From Neoechinorhynchus agilis (Eukaryota; Animalia; Acanthocephala), in the NCBI GenBank assembly GCA_051530055.1, contig JBMGUZ010000016.1:1-48733 (forward strand): a stretch of 48,733 nt of DNA, read 5' to 3'. The translations under genes were made by a program, and so were the position numbers. The notes below the pieces were generated by a model. That model ran no database searches and was not told where the DNA came from. It saw only the letters and a program-made list of their open reading frames with translations. The first letter of the stretch is position 1; every line of letters begins with the position of its first letter. Positions 32,391 through 47,040 of the stretch are shown piece by piece.

Positions 32391-35300
32391 ATTTTTGAAA
32401 CGTCGATCGAGTTACGTCGATATTCAAAGTGTTGATTTCTTTAGTAACGATTTTGAAGAATAATAAGCAAAGAAATGGCTAAAAGTGTTAAATATAATAA
32501 AAAAATTGAAAAAGCCGCCCAGGGAAGATGCATTCGATGAACAAATCATCGAATATTTACAAAGCTACTTTAAAACAAACATTTTTTCCATGCCTTGTTC
32601 AGTTCTACAGAACTCGCTTCCGAATTAAAGAAACACTCGCATCATTCCTGTGGACGATAATCCACACTGAACAAATCCTACAAATTTAAGCCGTCCAATT
32701 GTAATCCATTTAATTTAGGACTTCACATCATCTAACGTTTGATTTTTAGCCAAATCACAAACAGTAAATTCGCAATTCTCTTTGGTTCGTAGGTATTTCA
32801 TTCTTCAAATGAATGGAACCACAACCAATCACCAACAGTGAATTCCTATCTAAAGACCTTAAACTAAATTTTTGCTCTGGACGAAGTTAAACAGCGTGTT
32901 TTAAAAACTCCTTGGATCCAGGAATCATTCGCTAAACTAAAAGATCCTGTATCTGAGATTTATTTAAGGCACGAAATCGATTTTGAATGGATCTGTCTTT
33001 AAGAAAAGCACTACTAATAAGAAGATATTTTCGTATAAGGTTTAAAATGCCAACGAACTTTATTACTGATTTTTATTATTAGGATTGGATTTTATAGATT
33101 AATTTATGTGTATAGTCCAGATTCGTTAAGGTATACTAAGCCGCTTTAAATTTTAAACTTTATTTTCGGTTAGAATAAAACAAACAAACACAATGCCGTA
33201 TTTACATTCTTGAGCGATTTTGGTTTATTGCAACTAAGAATTGTTTAAATCCAAACCAAACGGACATTGATAATTGTGAGCATTTAGCGGGCTAAAAACC
33301 CAATTATAATTGTCAAAACATTTTTAGTGTTAGAATAAAACAAAAAGTTAAATCCTAAACTGAATTTTCAAACTCACTTCGATTGCATTGCAATTATGTT
33401 TTGTCGATAATTAATTCAAACAATTTTACTCATTTTAAAGAATTCGGAGTAAAAAATTAAGCATCGGTTTCTCTAGATAGATAGCTAAATCCAAAGTTTT
33501 CTTTAATATTAGCTTAATTTCATTATTTTTAGGAATGAAAGTGGATGAATTGACTAATTTTGATGTACTCCGATCCCAATATTCATACCTACGATTTAAT
33601 CAAAGTCCAAATATTAATTACAAATTAGTTTTCATCGACATCATTCTACACTATTAACACAGCGAAATTTAATAATTAGAACATTAATCTTTCGCCGTGA
33701 GCTACAGGCGAATAAAGTCGCAACATCAATAATATCCGTCCCTTTAGTGAGAAATGTTCTGATGCGACAATGCTTTCAGCCTTTAAAGACGAGGTAAACA
33801 ATAAAAATAATTAATGCTTATCATTGTTAATATCATCGAGTTAAATTTATTGGTGTTATGTTTGGACGTCTTTGTTTGTAACACTTTTATTGATCGTAAT
33901 ATTGGAAGAGATATTCATGTTAATTAGAACGTGAAAATGTTTATAGTTTTGTAAAAAAACGCAGATAATTGACCTGATTTGTTTTTTTTTGTTTTAAACT
34001 GCTTTTGCACGTTTGTTCAAATTGTTCAAAATCGGGAATATCTCATTTACGGAGATTAATTCTGCGCTTTCCAGATCAATATTTTTTTTGCTATGGACGA
34101 AATTTACAGGTTCCTACCAATTAAAAATATTAAGCTGTTAATCCTTAAAAACGTTAAACGATTAGTCCTGGTCGACATTTTTCCAAATTTATTAAGAATA
34201 AATAAATTTAATTGAAATTGATTAATCTTAGTTAAAGAAAGCGGCTAAATGATATGTTACGCATTTTATTAATTGCCATGGTTATCAACCCCGTTAAAAT
34301 ATTAAGTTTTAAGAACTTCTACTTTTTTACGATTCATTTCTGGGAAGTTGGTTTTCGTGGAAGGCAGAAATATTGAAATCACTTGATTTGCTTCTTACGG
34401 ACATACAAAGAAAAAGAGACCAAGAATTCGAATGGTCTTAAATAAACGACCATTTGAAAAAAACCGATTTTTCCCAATTATTATAAGCTGCCTTGAATTT
34501 CTCACTAACGTTGCGATTCCTAAATCACAGATCGCTTAAGCTGGTTGCTTGTCTTAAAGAGCATTTAATATTCTTTGCTCAATTGAATTTTAAGAATTAG
34601 AGTAAAATGACTACAAAGCTAAATGACGGTCGCAGAATTTATCTGCCGTATGCATTTATATCAAACGATTCAAAAGATTTAATAAATGGAAGAGTATATT
34701 CGCCTTTAATTTTATATCTAAATCTTTACGACGAATCAGAATTCATATGAAGTTACCAATCTCAATAATCGTATAAAACTGTACTATTTTTAATTTTAAT
34801 GGTCAGACTTTGTGCAGTTGCCTTTCTTTAAGAAGATCGCTTATTTTAACTTCCTCTAAATAAATTCTTAGACCTCGTAAGCAATGAACCGGTCGAAGAT
34901 TTTTATTCGACGACGAACATGAATATCACGGATTGCAAATAACGGAAGCTTGTTGAAGTTCTCGAATAGGACTCAGCGCGAGGATTGCTAGTGCATAAAT
35001 AAAAGTGGATAATTTTAGATTGCGCTTGAAAGCATGTTGTTATCATTCACGTGGGTTTTTGTTTCAAAACATAACGCTATCGTAAGCTCAATGTTTTTCC
35101 AAATGATCATTCCGTATTCCCCATTTTTCGTATTACTGCCGGTAATATCTTCTTGCATAAAAAGATTCCGATTGCAGTTTGCTTAGGTGTACGTTTTTCG
35201 CGAAAACGTTCGCATTACATTTCTCTTGAAAATTTTCGGATAAAAAGCTAAATGAAACCCTGGAGGTTCTATTTAGATCTTCACCCGTTAGATAATTTTT

Positions 35301-35828
35301 TATTAAATACATTTCAAATCCCGTCGGGTTCATCACCAGTTGCAATTCACTCTTCACTCACTTTTTGGGATTTGCTTTTGAAAAATACAACCATCCGTTG
35401 CACTAAATACTCCAAATTTATGTTCGAATTTTTTGGCAATTATGTGCTTTATTTATAAAATATCAAACCTTAGAGAACCGGGCATTTTCTTAGATGTTAG
35501 CATTTTTGAAAATACTCCGAATATTCTGACACTAAACGCATGGCATTAAGACAAAAAACATTGAATTTACATTGAGAATGATAAGTAGAGACTTAAACAG
35601 CTACTACCGAACATTTTGAGACAGATCCTGTGGAGTACTTAGTAGTGGAAAAAACTATTGTTTAAATTATTTTTTAACATAAAATATATTTTCCCGAAGT
35701 CAAAATATTTATTCTTTAAATTACAATATATTCATGGAATACCCCTGTATCAATCTTCGAATTTTAGTTAGAATCCTCCGTTTGTCGTACGCGATGTCTT
35801 GCATATGAGATTCTAGATAAAACAATAA

Positions 35829-36633
35829 ATGGATCCAAACACACCAACGGCGAATAAATTTAGCGTTATTAGTCCTGCTCCTAAGGACGTTGGGCCCCTA
35901 AAGATTTTCCTCGAAGATCAACTTGAGGATCTTCGAACATGCCCAATCTGTTTAGATACGTTTAAAGATCCGCGTGCTCTTCCTTGTTGTCATACCTTCT
36001 GTTGTCAATGCATTGAGAAAATTGTAGAAAACGAGCGTCGGATATCGTGTCCTTGTTGCCGTAGAGTATTTAACCTGAACGGAAAGCCAAGCGATGTTTT
36101 ATATCGCAATCATCGTGCAGCTACTTTGATCGAGTTAAAACCGATTGAAATTCAATCTCCAAAGAAGTGTGATTCATGCGAAAATGCTGCCTTGGATTTA
36201 TGCTTCCATTACAATCGAAGTGCCTGCCAAAACTGCGTAGTCTCTCATCATAAAGACCAACTTGAGAGCAATAGAAAACTGGTTAGAGAAATTGAACAGT
36301 TGACGGCGAAGACGATAGGTTAGTAGAAATTTTCAGTTTTTATGTGTGCTTGTCGCAATCCAATTATTCTTAGAATTTCTTGCTCAAACTCGTAGTCGTT
36401 TTGAACAACTGATGAATGACCACAAGTCGAGTCCTACGGTTGAGCGAAATGAGGCATTAGAAGATCTAAAGGAAAGTTCGCAGAAGTGTCGTAAAACATT
36501 AATGGAACTTAAGATCTGCGCACTTGCTACAATCCGGGATCTATCTCAATCGCAAGAAAGTGATGTTGAAAGGGCTACAAGATGTCTTGAAGCGATTAAT
36601 AAAATTAAAAATGAAATGTGCGATTTAAAATAA
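35829..36633 (+). CDS. TRIM/RBCC-like protein (mirror copy), exons 35829-36318 and 36374-36633, 249 aa
   Basis: Exons of 490 + 260 = 750 nt. The splice junction g|aa rebuilds the GAA (E) of EFLAQ in the frame of ORF 36346-36633. Confidence 0.85.
36319..36373 (+). other. 55-nt spliceosomal intron (phase 1); mirror at 12361-12415 (-)
   Basis: Starts GTTAGT and ends TTCTTAG. It contains the TAG that ends the 164-aa ORF, and removing it restores one reading frame. Confidence 0.85.
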
Positions 36634-38203
36634 AGACTGTTTGGATTTGCGATGTGAGTTTAGAAGATCTTCAAATGAACTAGTAGTGGAAGGTACGACT
36701 CCGGTCAAGGATTTTCTTCATCGATGAGCGAAACCTTCCGCACGTCACACGTAAATTCTCGATTCTATGAATTCCCAAAAACAAATTATTCTTTTAGGCA
36801 TATTTTCAGCTGTTAGCACAGTTATATAGTAGGCGTGAATTCTAAAATTAAACTGATTTTTTAAAGTTGTTTAAAAGGCCATATTTTAAATAATTGGATG
36901 TATTAAAGTTTTTGGAAACGATTACTTCAAATGTCTATGAAAAATATTATCTTGTATTTAAACTAAAGTTTAAATATGAGCTAAATATCAAAAGTTAAGC
37001 CGGTAAGTGAAACTTTTGGCATCTAAAACCAATAAAACCGGATTCTTGTTCTTCATGAAAATATAATTATCCAGATTGACAACATGAATTCTCTTTAATT
37101 TTATTTTCTTGAAGGTATTCTAAGTCAATTTCCAGAGGGGAAATTTATAAAATGAGTTATTTGTAATTTTCTTGTGACTAAACCTGCTTCATACACTTCC
37201 TAAATTAAAAACGATTTTCGCTTTGTTTATGTTAATTTTCAGATCGCTTACTTCAATTGGTTGTTCCCAACGCACCATTATATTCATTGGTAAATCACAG
37301 AAATGAAATGCTAGTCAGAGCATCAAGAGCGATCGGTCATCAAAGCTGAGTTGAGAATCAAATAGTCTCAATGGTTTCATGGCTAAAACCAAGGTTTTAT
37401 CGATTGCAAATTATGCTTCGAATTTAATCATTATTTGACAAGAATATAATCGAGGATGAAAACTGTTCGATTCGATGATAAGTAGGCAATGAAAAATTAA
37501 CGAATACATCCCCTAAAATTTCTCGTTTTTCTTGTCAAAATGGAGAAATTGAATTGCAAATACAGGACGGTGGTGTGAATGATTTAATGTCCAAAAAAAT
37601 GACGTGGCTTCGGCAAAAATCAAATATTAACACTTTGTTTCGGAAAATTTTTTAAGAAAGATTGAATTCTAACGTTCTTATGAATTTTATACCAATTTAT
37701 TTCAGAGTATTGCTGCGTAGCTTTGTAATCAAATGCATATCCGTACTTAGAAAAAAATTTGGATAAAAACTTTTGAACACTGTTGATTCAGAAAATGCTT
37801 CACTTCCCTTCATTTGAAGACAGGTAAACTTAACCGTGGATTGATGTCCTCAATGCTGCCTTCTTTTGATATGTATATGAATATAATTTTTAAACAAATT
37901 ATAATGCTCTCATTATCAAGCGACAGACCAAAATGTTGAAGGTCATTCTTAGATAAAGCATCTACAATCATCGATTGAAAATCCTTCGGGGAAACTGCCA
38001 AACCGGAAGTTCGGGGCCAATTATCCGCTCGATACGTTTTTCCATGATTTTAGTATTGATTTTTAACACGTTGCTGGCTGAAGTTTCAAGCTATAATTAG
38101 CTTTATTTCCTTCCATTGTGTTGGACTCAGCGATGTGTAAGGCCTTCAAAATAAGACATCTTTTTAGGTTTTGTTCTATTTATACACAGGGATTCTCAAT
38201 TCA

Positions 38204-40994
38204 CGCGTCACAATACATCCGGTGGGAGTCGCATCCTTAATTTGAAATCAAGTTTATTGTCCTCGAACGTTTCGAACCTATTTATATATAAGGCTTCGAT
38301 GATAATACGTTCGAAACGCCGGTCATTGCCAACTAGTGTTGTAGCGGCACTAAAATCAATAGTGTGCCCTGTGTTTTTTGCACGGGCCACCACTGCGGAA
38401 CTAATATCCAGAATGTTTTCGCAACCACCAAGTGTTGCGACGGAGGATAGCATACGGCAATCCAATTCACTGAAAATTAAGGTACCTCCGGACATACGGA
38501 GGCACCTTCTAAGTGATCGTTCAGAGGGTGACACACGGCCACCCACAAAGCTTCAAACTTCAATAGGTGATACATACAAAATTATATACTTCGATCGGCC
38601 CGTTAAAAAGGACGATTACGTAACCAAAATATCTGCGATTCCAATCGCATCAAAGGAAGCCACATGGGGATGTTTCCTCAAACCATGGCTGAAAACAAAG
38701 AAGGATAGTATACTAAGAATCAGATCAACTTCATTCTGGAATGGTACTTTAAAAATTGTCTTCGTCAACAACACTGAAATGGACGATTTCGAATCCTTTG
38801 TGAACGGTCGGCACGACGAAAAAATTCCAACATTCAATCCTTCCGCAACAAAGCAACTTTCATTGCTCACAACATTGGGAGTTTATCTTCGCCTGATACG
38901 ATTCAAGACTTTGAGATTAAATTTTTCTTCAAATCCAGGAAGACGGGAAAGGCAATTCCAGTGGGAATAGTTGAAATTGACATGGATAAAATGGAAACTC
39001 TTTGCTCCCGCAAATGGATATTCCAGTGTATGGAAATCACATTTACAAAAAATTCAAATACAGAATCAAATCTCGTGTACCCACAATGCCACATATGCCT
39101 ACAGTGGCGACACTGGAATCAAAACTGTCCCAATAGAACCCAAAAATGTTGCTTCTGTGCTGAGGATGGGTTGTTAAAGCTACGATTCTGAACCATTGAA
39201 GTTAGGGTCGTCTTACAAAAAATTGTGAAATTGCCATTTTAAAGCCAGAGACAATAAATGATTTATAAGCGATGTTGAGGAAAAAGATAGGAACTATGCC
39301 AGCCTTATGAACACGACCTCCACCGGCTGCGAGCTGGGACATTGAACTTAGTAATAAAAAGTTCCATGAAGTCACAAAATACAAATCGTATTCGGAACAA
39401 AAATGACGAAAACGACTTACCTCGAATCTTATCCTCTGGCCATTCCCAAATAATCCTCCCTCCTTCCGCTAATCCTCAACGTTCCCACTCACGAAATTGG
39501 TCTCGCGTAATCTCTCTTCACACAGAAAATCAATTTTTCACCCGAACGCCTCGAAAGTTATGCTTTCTCTAATTAATATATTCTCCTTTTGCATGATAAC
39601 AGCTATTCCTAAGAAAACCATTCGCTTTTCCAGCCGAGATCCACTTTGGAAGTGTCCTTTCTTGAAAATGCTACAAATAAAGGCGAATAAAACATACCAT
39701 CCATGCAATCCTGATTTGAGCTGCCTTCAATCCTCGCTGGTGCACCACATTCTCAACTCGCGCAATACCTTTCTTGCACATAAATTCGCCTCCTCCCCCA
39801 CTAACCTCTCGTGGAAAAACACGAAAAGCGCCCTTCCAAACTTTCAAACTCCGACCTCCTTGATGCACTAAACCCTATCAATGTGCAACTTTGCGACTGT
39901 CATTCGAACACAAACAAATAGTCATCCCCTTCCATATCTACACCACCGTTCTCAGTTTCTACAGCTTCACCTCTCATGATTTCCAAGTATGATATTCTCA
40001 TGCTTCTTCGGAAACTACCTCGCAAATCATCCCCTAACTCTCTCATTCACAACTGAACTCTACGCTTTATCATCCCAGATTTATTTGATTCACTTACCCA
40101 TATAATCAATAGAAGTTTCAAGACCGGAATCTTCCCTAGTCGCCTTAAAACAGATCGGGTAATCCTGCTCCTGAAAGCATCTAAACTTATATGCACCTCA
40201 AGTTTTCGACCCATCTCTTTCTTACCTTCATTCTCTAAAGTCTTGGAGAGATGCTTTAAAGCACACCTTCTGCCAACCTTCAATCGAAAAATTTCATCCA
40301 TTCAATTCGTTTCCGGCCCAAATTTTCTGCAACCGATGCCCTACTTTGCATTTATGATACGCTCCTACGAAACCTCGACAATAATCCCTCCCAATTCACC
40401 CGTATCATTTAACAGGATTTATTGAATGCATTCTACTCCGTGGACCATTCACTCCTTCTCCGATTTTGGTCTCAACTTGTAGCAGATCCGCTGGCTTGAA
40501 TCTAATCTTTACAATCGCAAACAATACATTCACTGCCGTTCTACCTCTTCTATCAGCCTATCCCTCACCTAAGGCGTACCTCAAGGTGCTGTTCTGTCAC
40601 TACTTCTTTTTAATATTTTCTTAGACGACCTTCAACTTCTTTCCTCTTTCTCAAAGCTTTTCTTATATGCCGATGATATCACCCTCATCACCCATTGACC
40701 ACCCCACCTCTCCCTTTCCTTAACGTGTTATTATTATAAATCACACACACACACATAAAGGATTTTTTCACCAATCTGAAATGAACTTGAGGAAATACCA
40801 ACCTACAAGCGTTCCTGCAAGCTATAACCGCCAATCCCCCCACAAGAACGGGCCTTCCAACCCGACGTGATATTCCCACCCGCACGGACTCGTAATCCAC
40901 TCCAAAATCAATACCCAGATTTATTTATCAAATCAGAACTCGAGTGTTTATGAAGACCAAAAGATACACTGGTCCCCTTACATTAACAAATAAA
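38204..40994 (+). mobile_element. Decayed APE-group LINE (mirror copy)
   Basis: Mirror of 7740-10530; YADD codons at 40666-40677. Confidence 0.82.
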
Positions 40995-42353
40995 ATGTGT
41001 TATTGCGTCGTGGATTATTATTCTCGCAGGAAAAGAAACTTTTTTTTTAATTTTACCACCCTGGGCATTTTAATAAACTAATTTATTTCCCCGATATTTC
41101 GTCGGATAATTCCGAAATTTTATGTATGTTAAAAAAACTTACAAGCAATGGCAAACCTTGATAATGTCGGAATTTTCCGTCGAAATGTCGGAAATAAATC
41201 AGTGAATCTAAATCCGGGGTGACAATACTACCAAAAGAAAATGAACTCTTTGTGTTTGACATTGGGTTATTCGAACGTTTTCCGATTTTCGGATCCTTTG
41301 AAGGCAATCTATCGAAAGGCGACGGGCCTTGGAAAACCTGACAGTAATCGTTCAAACCGCTGCCTCCTAATGAAATAAATACAACTCATCCTATCCATTT
41401 CCATTCGCTGTCTGCAAAATATATTTTTGACTAAATTCCCAAAAAGTTAGTTTCATTAAAGTATCTTAACCTTGAGTGTCATAAAAGGTTATTGGAAGCA
41501 ACATCATGGATACTACCGATTCAATGTTCTAAAGTTAAATTTGTATTCCCGTTTCTATGTCTTATGTTTTATTGTTTGAAACATTATTTGTTAAGCATCG
41601 ACAGCACTGATTCTAACACTCTTAAAATCCTCAAAATATTTGCATAAACTTACTTTTACAATCTCAAATGGTGTTTGTTCAATGGAAATTAGCGTTATGA
41701 GGCTGAATTCGAAAATATTCTATGTGGCAGGATGACATTTTACAGTTTTTTTAGTTCAATGAGCGAAAAACATCCACGTACAAATGTACCACAATTGCAA
41801 AACTCTTTTTTGCTTACTCGTCTTCTCCGTTTTTCAACGAAGCAGTTTACTTGAAGAGTGTTTTCGAGTTGAAATCTATTTTGATGTTGCTATTCGATCA
41901 CGGTTTTGTATCGGGAAAATAGAATATTTTCGTGAAAACAAACAGGAGTATAAATGGAGTTCATTCGAGCTTCACTTTCAATCCGAATGAAGCTTCTCGT
42001 CTGTCTTCTTCTCGCCATCTTTCTTTTCTACGAATTCAGGGCCGCCGCTCCCTTAAAGCCACTTCAACGTGTTTTCTAAATTTCGAAGGCGTATAATTAA
42101 AAAAGAAGATACTAAATTAGGTTCAATGGGTAAAGGATTTAATTGTTTGCTACCGATTAAATATTGGTTATTGAACATAATTTTTGAATTCACATTGTAA
42201 AAACGCACTTGTTTAATTCGATATTGCAGTTTTATCAATATAATACAGAATTTTATTTAAAGAAAAAATTTATACCTACAATTTAATCCTGCTAATAAAT
42301 AGCGCACTTTCTCCACTTAATGCTTAGTTCAGTATTCGTAATATTGTTTATTT

Positions 42354-45300
42354 AATTTAAAAATTTTTTTTACGAAAGGGTTTTTTTTAAGCAAGCATAC
42401 ATAATTTATAGTTTCTTCAACGCTCCTATTCATCGGCGCTGGCCAAAATGCTGGCCGCATTGCCCCGCTGCACCGCAATGCTTATTTTTTGCGCCAAGAA
42501 CGACGTCGATCTTGGCTCTCCAGTCGCCGCGTTGATTCGTTTCCCCAAGTCCTTCAGGAGGGCTAGCGCCGACCCTCCCAAGGCCACATACGTTTCCACA
42601 CCGAAGGGGACAAAATGGTAATTTCTTTTTAGCTCCCTGTATTTTGAGCATTTCCGATCCTCTGCAGCCGTCGCCGCTCCTCCTGGACCTTTTTTCGAGT
42701 GGCTGATGTTGGAGTTTGCCACCGTGTCCACACACGTTGCATCCCACAACAAACATTTTCCCTCCCGCCAAGGAAATACGGTCTACAAAGATTAGCGGGT
42801 TCTAGATTGTTTGGAAGGGAAAGCGTTTTTAGAGTCCTACTCGGAATGGCATTGATTTCAGCATGCCTTGGAAATCGTCCCGATGACGTCTTGCATATGA
42901 GATCGTGTCTCCCCGAAGAGTCCACTAGTGCCGCAGCGGCAGCGATGCGGGATGCAAATCGGTAGACCTAATCTCAAGGATACTGCGATCCTGACGACTG
43001 AGTCAGCAAGGAGATTTCCAAATTTACCTACAGGGAGAGCATTCAGCCACGCTCCCGGCTCCTTCGTGGAACAGGCTACCAGCCGGACCTGAGACACCTC
43101 ATCCAGAAGATCTTTGAAAGAGTTGTGAATCTTCTGAACAAGAGGAATGTCTCAAGACGACTGTTTGCACTCATTTGCGGGGAGCTGGTTGATGCCTGTC
43201 AATTGATGCCATTGAGATAATCCCGTGGCAAAGACCAAATCCTTCACTGATGTGCCTAAAATGGCATTGACATAGACTTTACTTGCCCGGCAAGAGGAGA
43301 GGAAGGCAGGTAAAGCGACGTCTGAAGTGGTGCGAACTCCCAAACCACCATAAGCCGTGGGAAAAGTAGCCTGTCGCCAACCTGTGTTAGAAAATTTGAC
43401 ATTCAATTTATGTCCCAGCCGCTTACGAATTACCCCGCCGAGCTCTCCTAACAATTTGTCTTCTCCGAAACATGGAGCTGCTCTTAGCTTATGAAGCAAT
43501 TTCTGCATATAGAGGCAATTCTTGATCAAGAAGAGACCCTCATGTGCCGACAGCTCAGAAGTTCGGCCGCAGAGCAACTCCATTTTCGCGATTTGTGCGC
43601 GCAGGTCCTTCGCAACATTCTCAGCAAGAACGCAGCTCCCGAGGAGTGTGAGCTGGTCAAGGATTATCAAACCTAGACCAGGAGCAACTGATTCAAAATC
43701 GCTAGAGATTTGAGAGCGCTCGTTTTCAGTTGCGTTCAGGATGAGAAGTTCGCATTTTTGGGGATTTACTTCTATTCCCAAGCGGTCAGCTTCATTCGCG
43801 ATCCTTTGAAGGTCGCTCAAAACAACACTTGGATCGCCACCGAGTGTGGAATTGTCCAAGTACCAAGCGTTGAAAGAAGAAAACATTGAATGGGCAAGAT
43901 TATTTACTGCGGCGGAGAAGCCTATGGGGCCGAGTGGATCTCCCTGTTGTGCACCGCTCTGCGACCAAATTATTTTGTCGTTGTACAGCAGTGACATGTT
44001 TAGCATATGCTCTCCAGAAATAGGGTAAGCCTCTGGGACGACATCCTCAATTGCTTTTAACATTATTTCCCTTTTTAAGGTATTGAAAGCATTTTTAAAA
44101 TCTATTTTCAGAATTGCTGTTGGCTTAGTTCTTTGGGGGATAAATTTTCGCAGAGCATGCACGACCGCTTCAACTCAACAAGGAGTGCAGCAACCTAACT
44201 GACAGGGTCTTAAAAATTCTCCCGTTTTATCGGAGATTCTCCTGCATAAAACTTTCGTGGCTAACCTACGCAAAGTACAGCCAATGGCGATGGGACGAAT
44301 TCCACCATCTTTCTTGGACAAAGCACACAAAGAGGCGCCGAAGAAAATATGTGTAGCCAAATTGCCAATGGAGCCCTCGATGAAAATATCAACTATTTTA
44401 AGCAAAGCAGTTCCGAGGGCTATTCCCGAAGCACCTGTAGAAAAAGACATCATGTCTTTGAAGTGCTGTGGACGCAAGCCATCCGGCCCGTGTCCTGAGC
44501 CATTGGCGAAGGAGGACACAGCTTTCCTTATTTCTAAACTATTTGCTCGGAAATCCCGAGCAGTTGGTGTAAAATTGGTGGAGTTCGACTCCGATGATGG
44601 ATGCAACTTTAATAGAGCCTCAAAAGTTGTGCCATGATTTGGCGCAAAATTTTCAGTTGAGGCTAGAAGCCGAACCGCACCGCGAACATCCCCGTCTGCG
44701 AGCTTCGCCGATACGCGTTGACCCAGTGGCCGGACTGTGCCTTGTTTACGGCTTTTACTAGACGAATTTTCGGGAGTCGCTGAGGATTGGGTCATTCTCT
44801 TTAAATTCGCGTCGAACTCCACTAACCTATTTTTAATGTTGGATGTCAAATTCCCCGATATTGAGTTGCTAGAGCTAAGAACAAGGCGGGGGAAAGCAAA
44901 AAGTTTTACCCAATCAATATCCTCATTGTTCTCAGCACAAGGTTGCAATAGATTTGTGTATGATTGTGCCACCTGGGTTCTTGTCCCCTTGGGAATGTGC
45001 TTTAAAATTGTTGTTGGTAAAACCCGGGAAAGGGATTCCAAAGATGGGGTTTGACAGTTTGGCGACAAGCTCTCGTTAGGTTTAGCCGGTCGCGATAAAG
45101 ATAAGGATGCAGGAATGCTCGGCCGAGATGGGAGAGGTTGGTACGAGCCAGGACACCGGGAATCAATGGGCCCATGCACCCTAAATAGGCCAACCTTTGT
45201 TAAATGTATTTCCCGTTCGCAGAAGGGGCAAATCGCGGGAACGTATGGGGCATGCTGGGAGGTGCCAACTTGCTTCAAAGTGGTGGGCGGTGACTTCGGG

Positions 45301-45512
45301 GTGGTCGGAACTTCGTCGCGTTGCGTAGAGGAAGCGGTGCTGGTGATTGACGTGGGGTTGGTCGTCACTAGGTCGTCTGTTTGGTTATCGATTTCGGCCC
45401 GAGCGGAGCGAGGGCCAGCAAGGGGATGGCACTGGTGGCATCGTTGACGGCACTGGTGGCATCGTCGACGGCGGTGGTGGCATCGTTGACGGCGGTGATT
45501 GCCTAAAATTTT
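42354..45512 (-). mobile_element. RLE-type (CRE-like) non-LTR retrotransposon, mirror copy
   Basis: ORFs 44175-45368, 43152-44162, 42858-43097 and 42426-42752 translate identically to the left-arm ORFs. Confidence 0.88.
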
Positions 45513-46803
45513 CTATTAAAATGTTCTTAGAGCTTCGAGTCGTCTTAGAGGAAATCCTTTAGAATTTAATAAGGCCCAGATATGTATTTTCGTCTTATAT
45601 TTTGGAGTAACGATCCAATCTGATTGCAAGCAAACGAATTGAAAAAAATTTGTTTTTTAGCGGTTGATGTGTTCAATCTCACAAGCTCTAGGGCCAACGT
45701 ATCATCACCTACAGCAATATTTTGAGGCTCAATAATTGCACGATTCAATCCTTCGATGCCTTTAACTTCCCCCCGTGTTCGTTGCGATAAAACATTAGGT
45801 ATTCACCAGTTCAATCTTTAAAAATTATTTTGCAGCATAGTAGAGTTTCATTAAAAGTGCAATAATTTGAATTTTCGCGTGTTAGCTTTTGCGAACTCGG
45901 CGGGTAGACATTTTTGATGAGTCCAAAATGTTAAAAGCGCCACTTTGTTTTGCTCATGAAAATCCCAAAAAGTGTTCTTTTTACGAACAACCATTTCGCC
46001 CATTTTCGCTAAAAAGAACGCTTAAATTTCATCACTCTGCTTTGTTCCTGCATCATGAATTATTTCTAGAAAAAACAGGAGAAAATTACTCAAAAATCGA
46101 AATGTCAAATTCAATTCCAAGTGTGAACATAATTTCAGTAAGCGGATGATGGCGAAAAACTTTAATACGGAAATACTTCGTCTTTTAAAAAGATGTTCAT
46201 GTACGGCCCTAAATTCAGAAAAGTATCAATGCTCACAAACTCGAATTTTTACATTGGAGAAAATGCAGAATTTAAGTTTTCACTAGTAAAATTTCGCCGC
46301 ATAATTTTTATTTGGACATTTGAACCGTTTTTATCAAAAGCGTATCAATATTTCGCAAGACTCAGAGATTTGATTAATTCAACCCTATAACAACACTTAT
46401 TGAAAGAACAATTAAAAGCCAAATATCCATTTATAAACTTACACGTTTAGCTCAATAAGCCGAAATGCTCGAGCTCTTGTGAAAACACCCAAAAAAGAGC
46501 AAATCGACAACGGTTTCGAAACTACGAATCAAAGTGCGCAGTCGATTTTATGCAGAGTTGAAAACTTGTATAAACGAAAGAAACGCGTTTGATTACAAAC
46601 TCAGGATATGACCTACCTCTGCGTTTTAGGCCTGCGGTCCGACGAAACGCACGAAATATTGGGAACGATAAATCAATATCTATTCTTCTCATCACCAAAG
46701 AACACAAAAATGAACATCTTTTTTTATAGAAAAGATGATTTTAAAATCTTTGATCCGCTATATCCAGTTTTCATTGATAGAAAATCCTTCGGGTAAGTCA
46801 AAG

Positions 46804-47040
46804 TATAATTTTAATGAACATACTCCCGGTCATAATCTATTTGATTTTGATTTATTGGAAATATTTCGAAGGAGGTAACCTCGCCTCATCAGTCATTGTT
46901 TGCAAGTATTTTCCTTTTCTTTTGTTTTTTCTGAAAACTTGCAAACAATGACTGATGAGGCGGGATTACCTCCTTCGAAATATTTCCAATAAATCAAAAT
47001 CGAATAGGTTATGACCGGGAGTATGTTCATTAAAATTATA
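46804..47040. repeat. Foldback hairpin (mirror copy)
   Basis: Mirror of 1694-1930. Confidence 0.93.
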
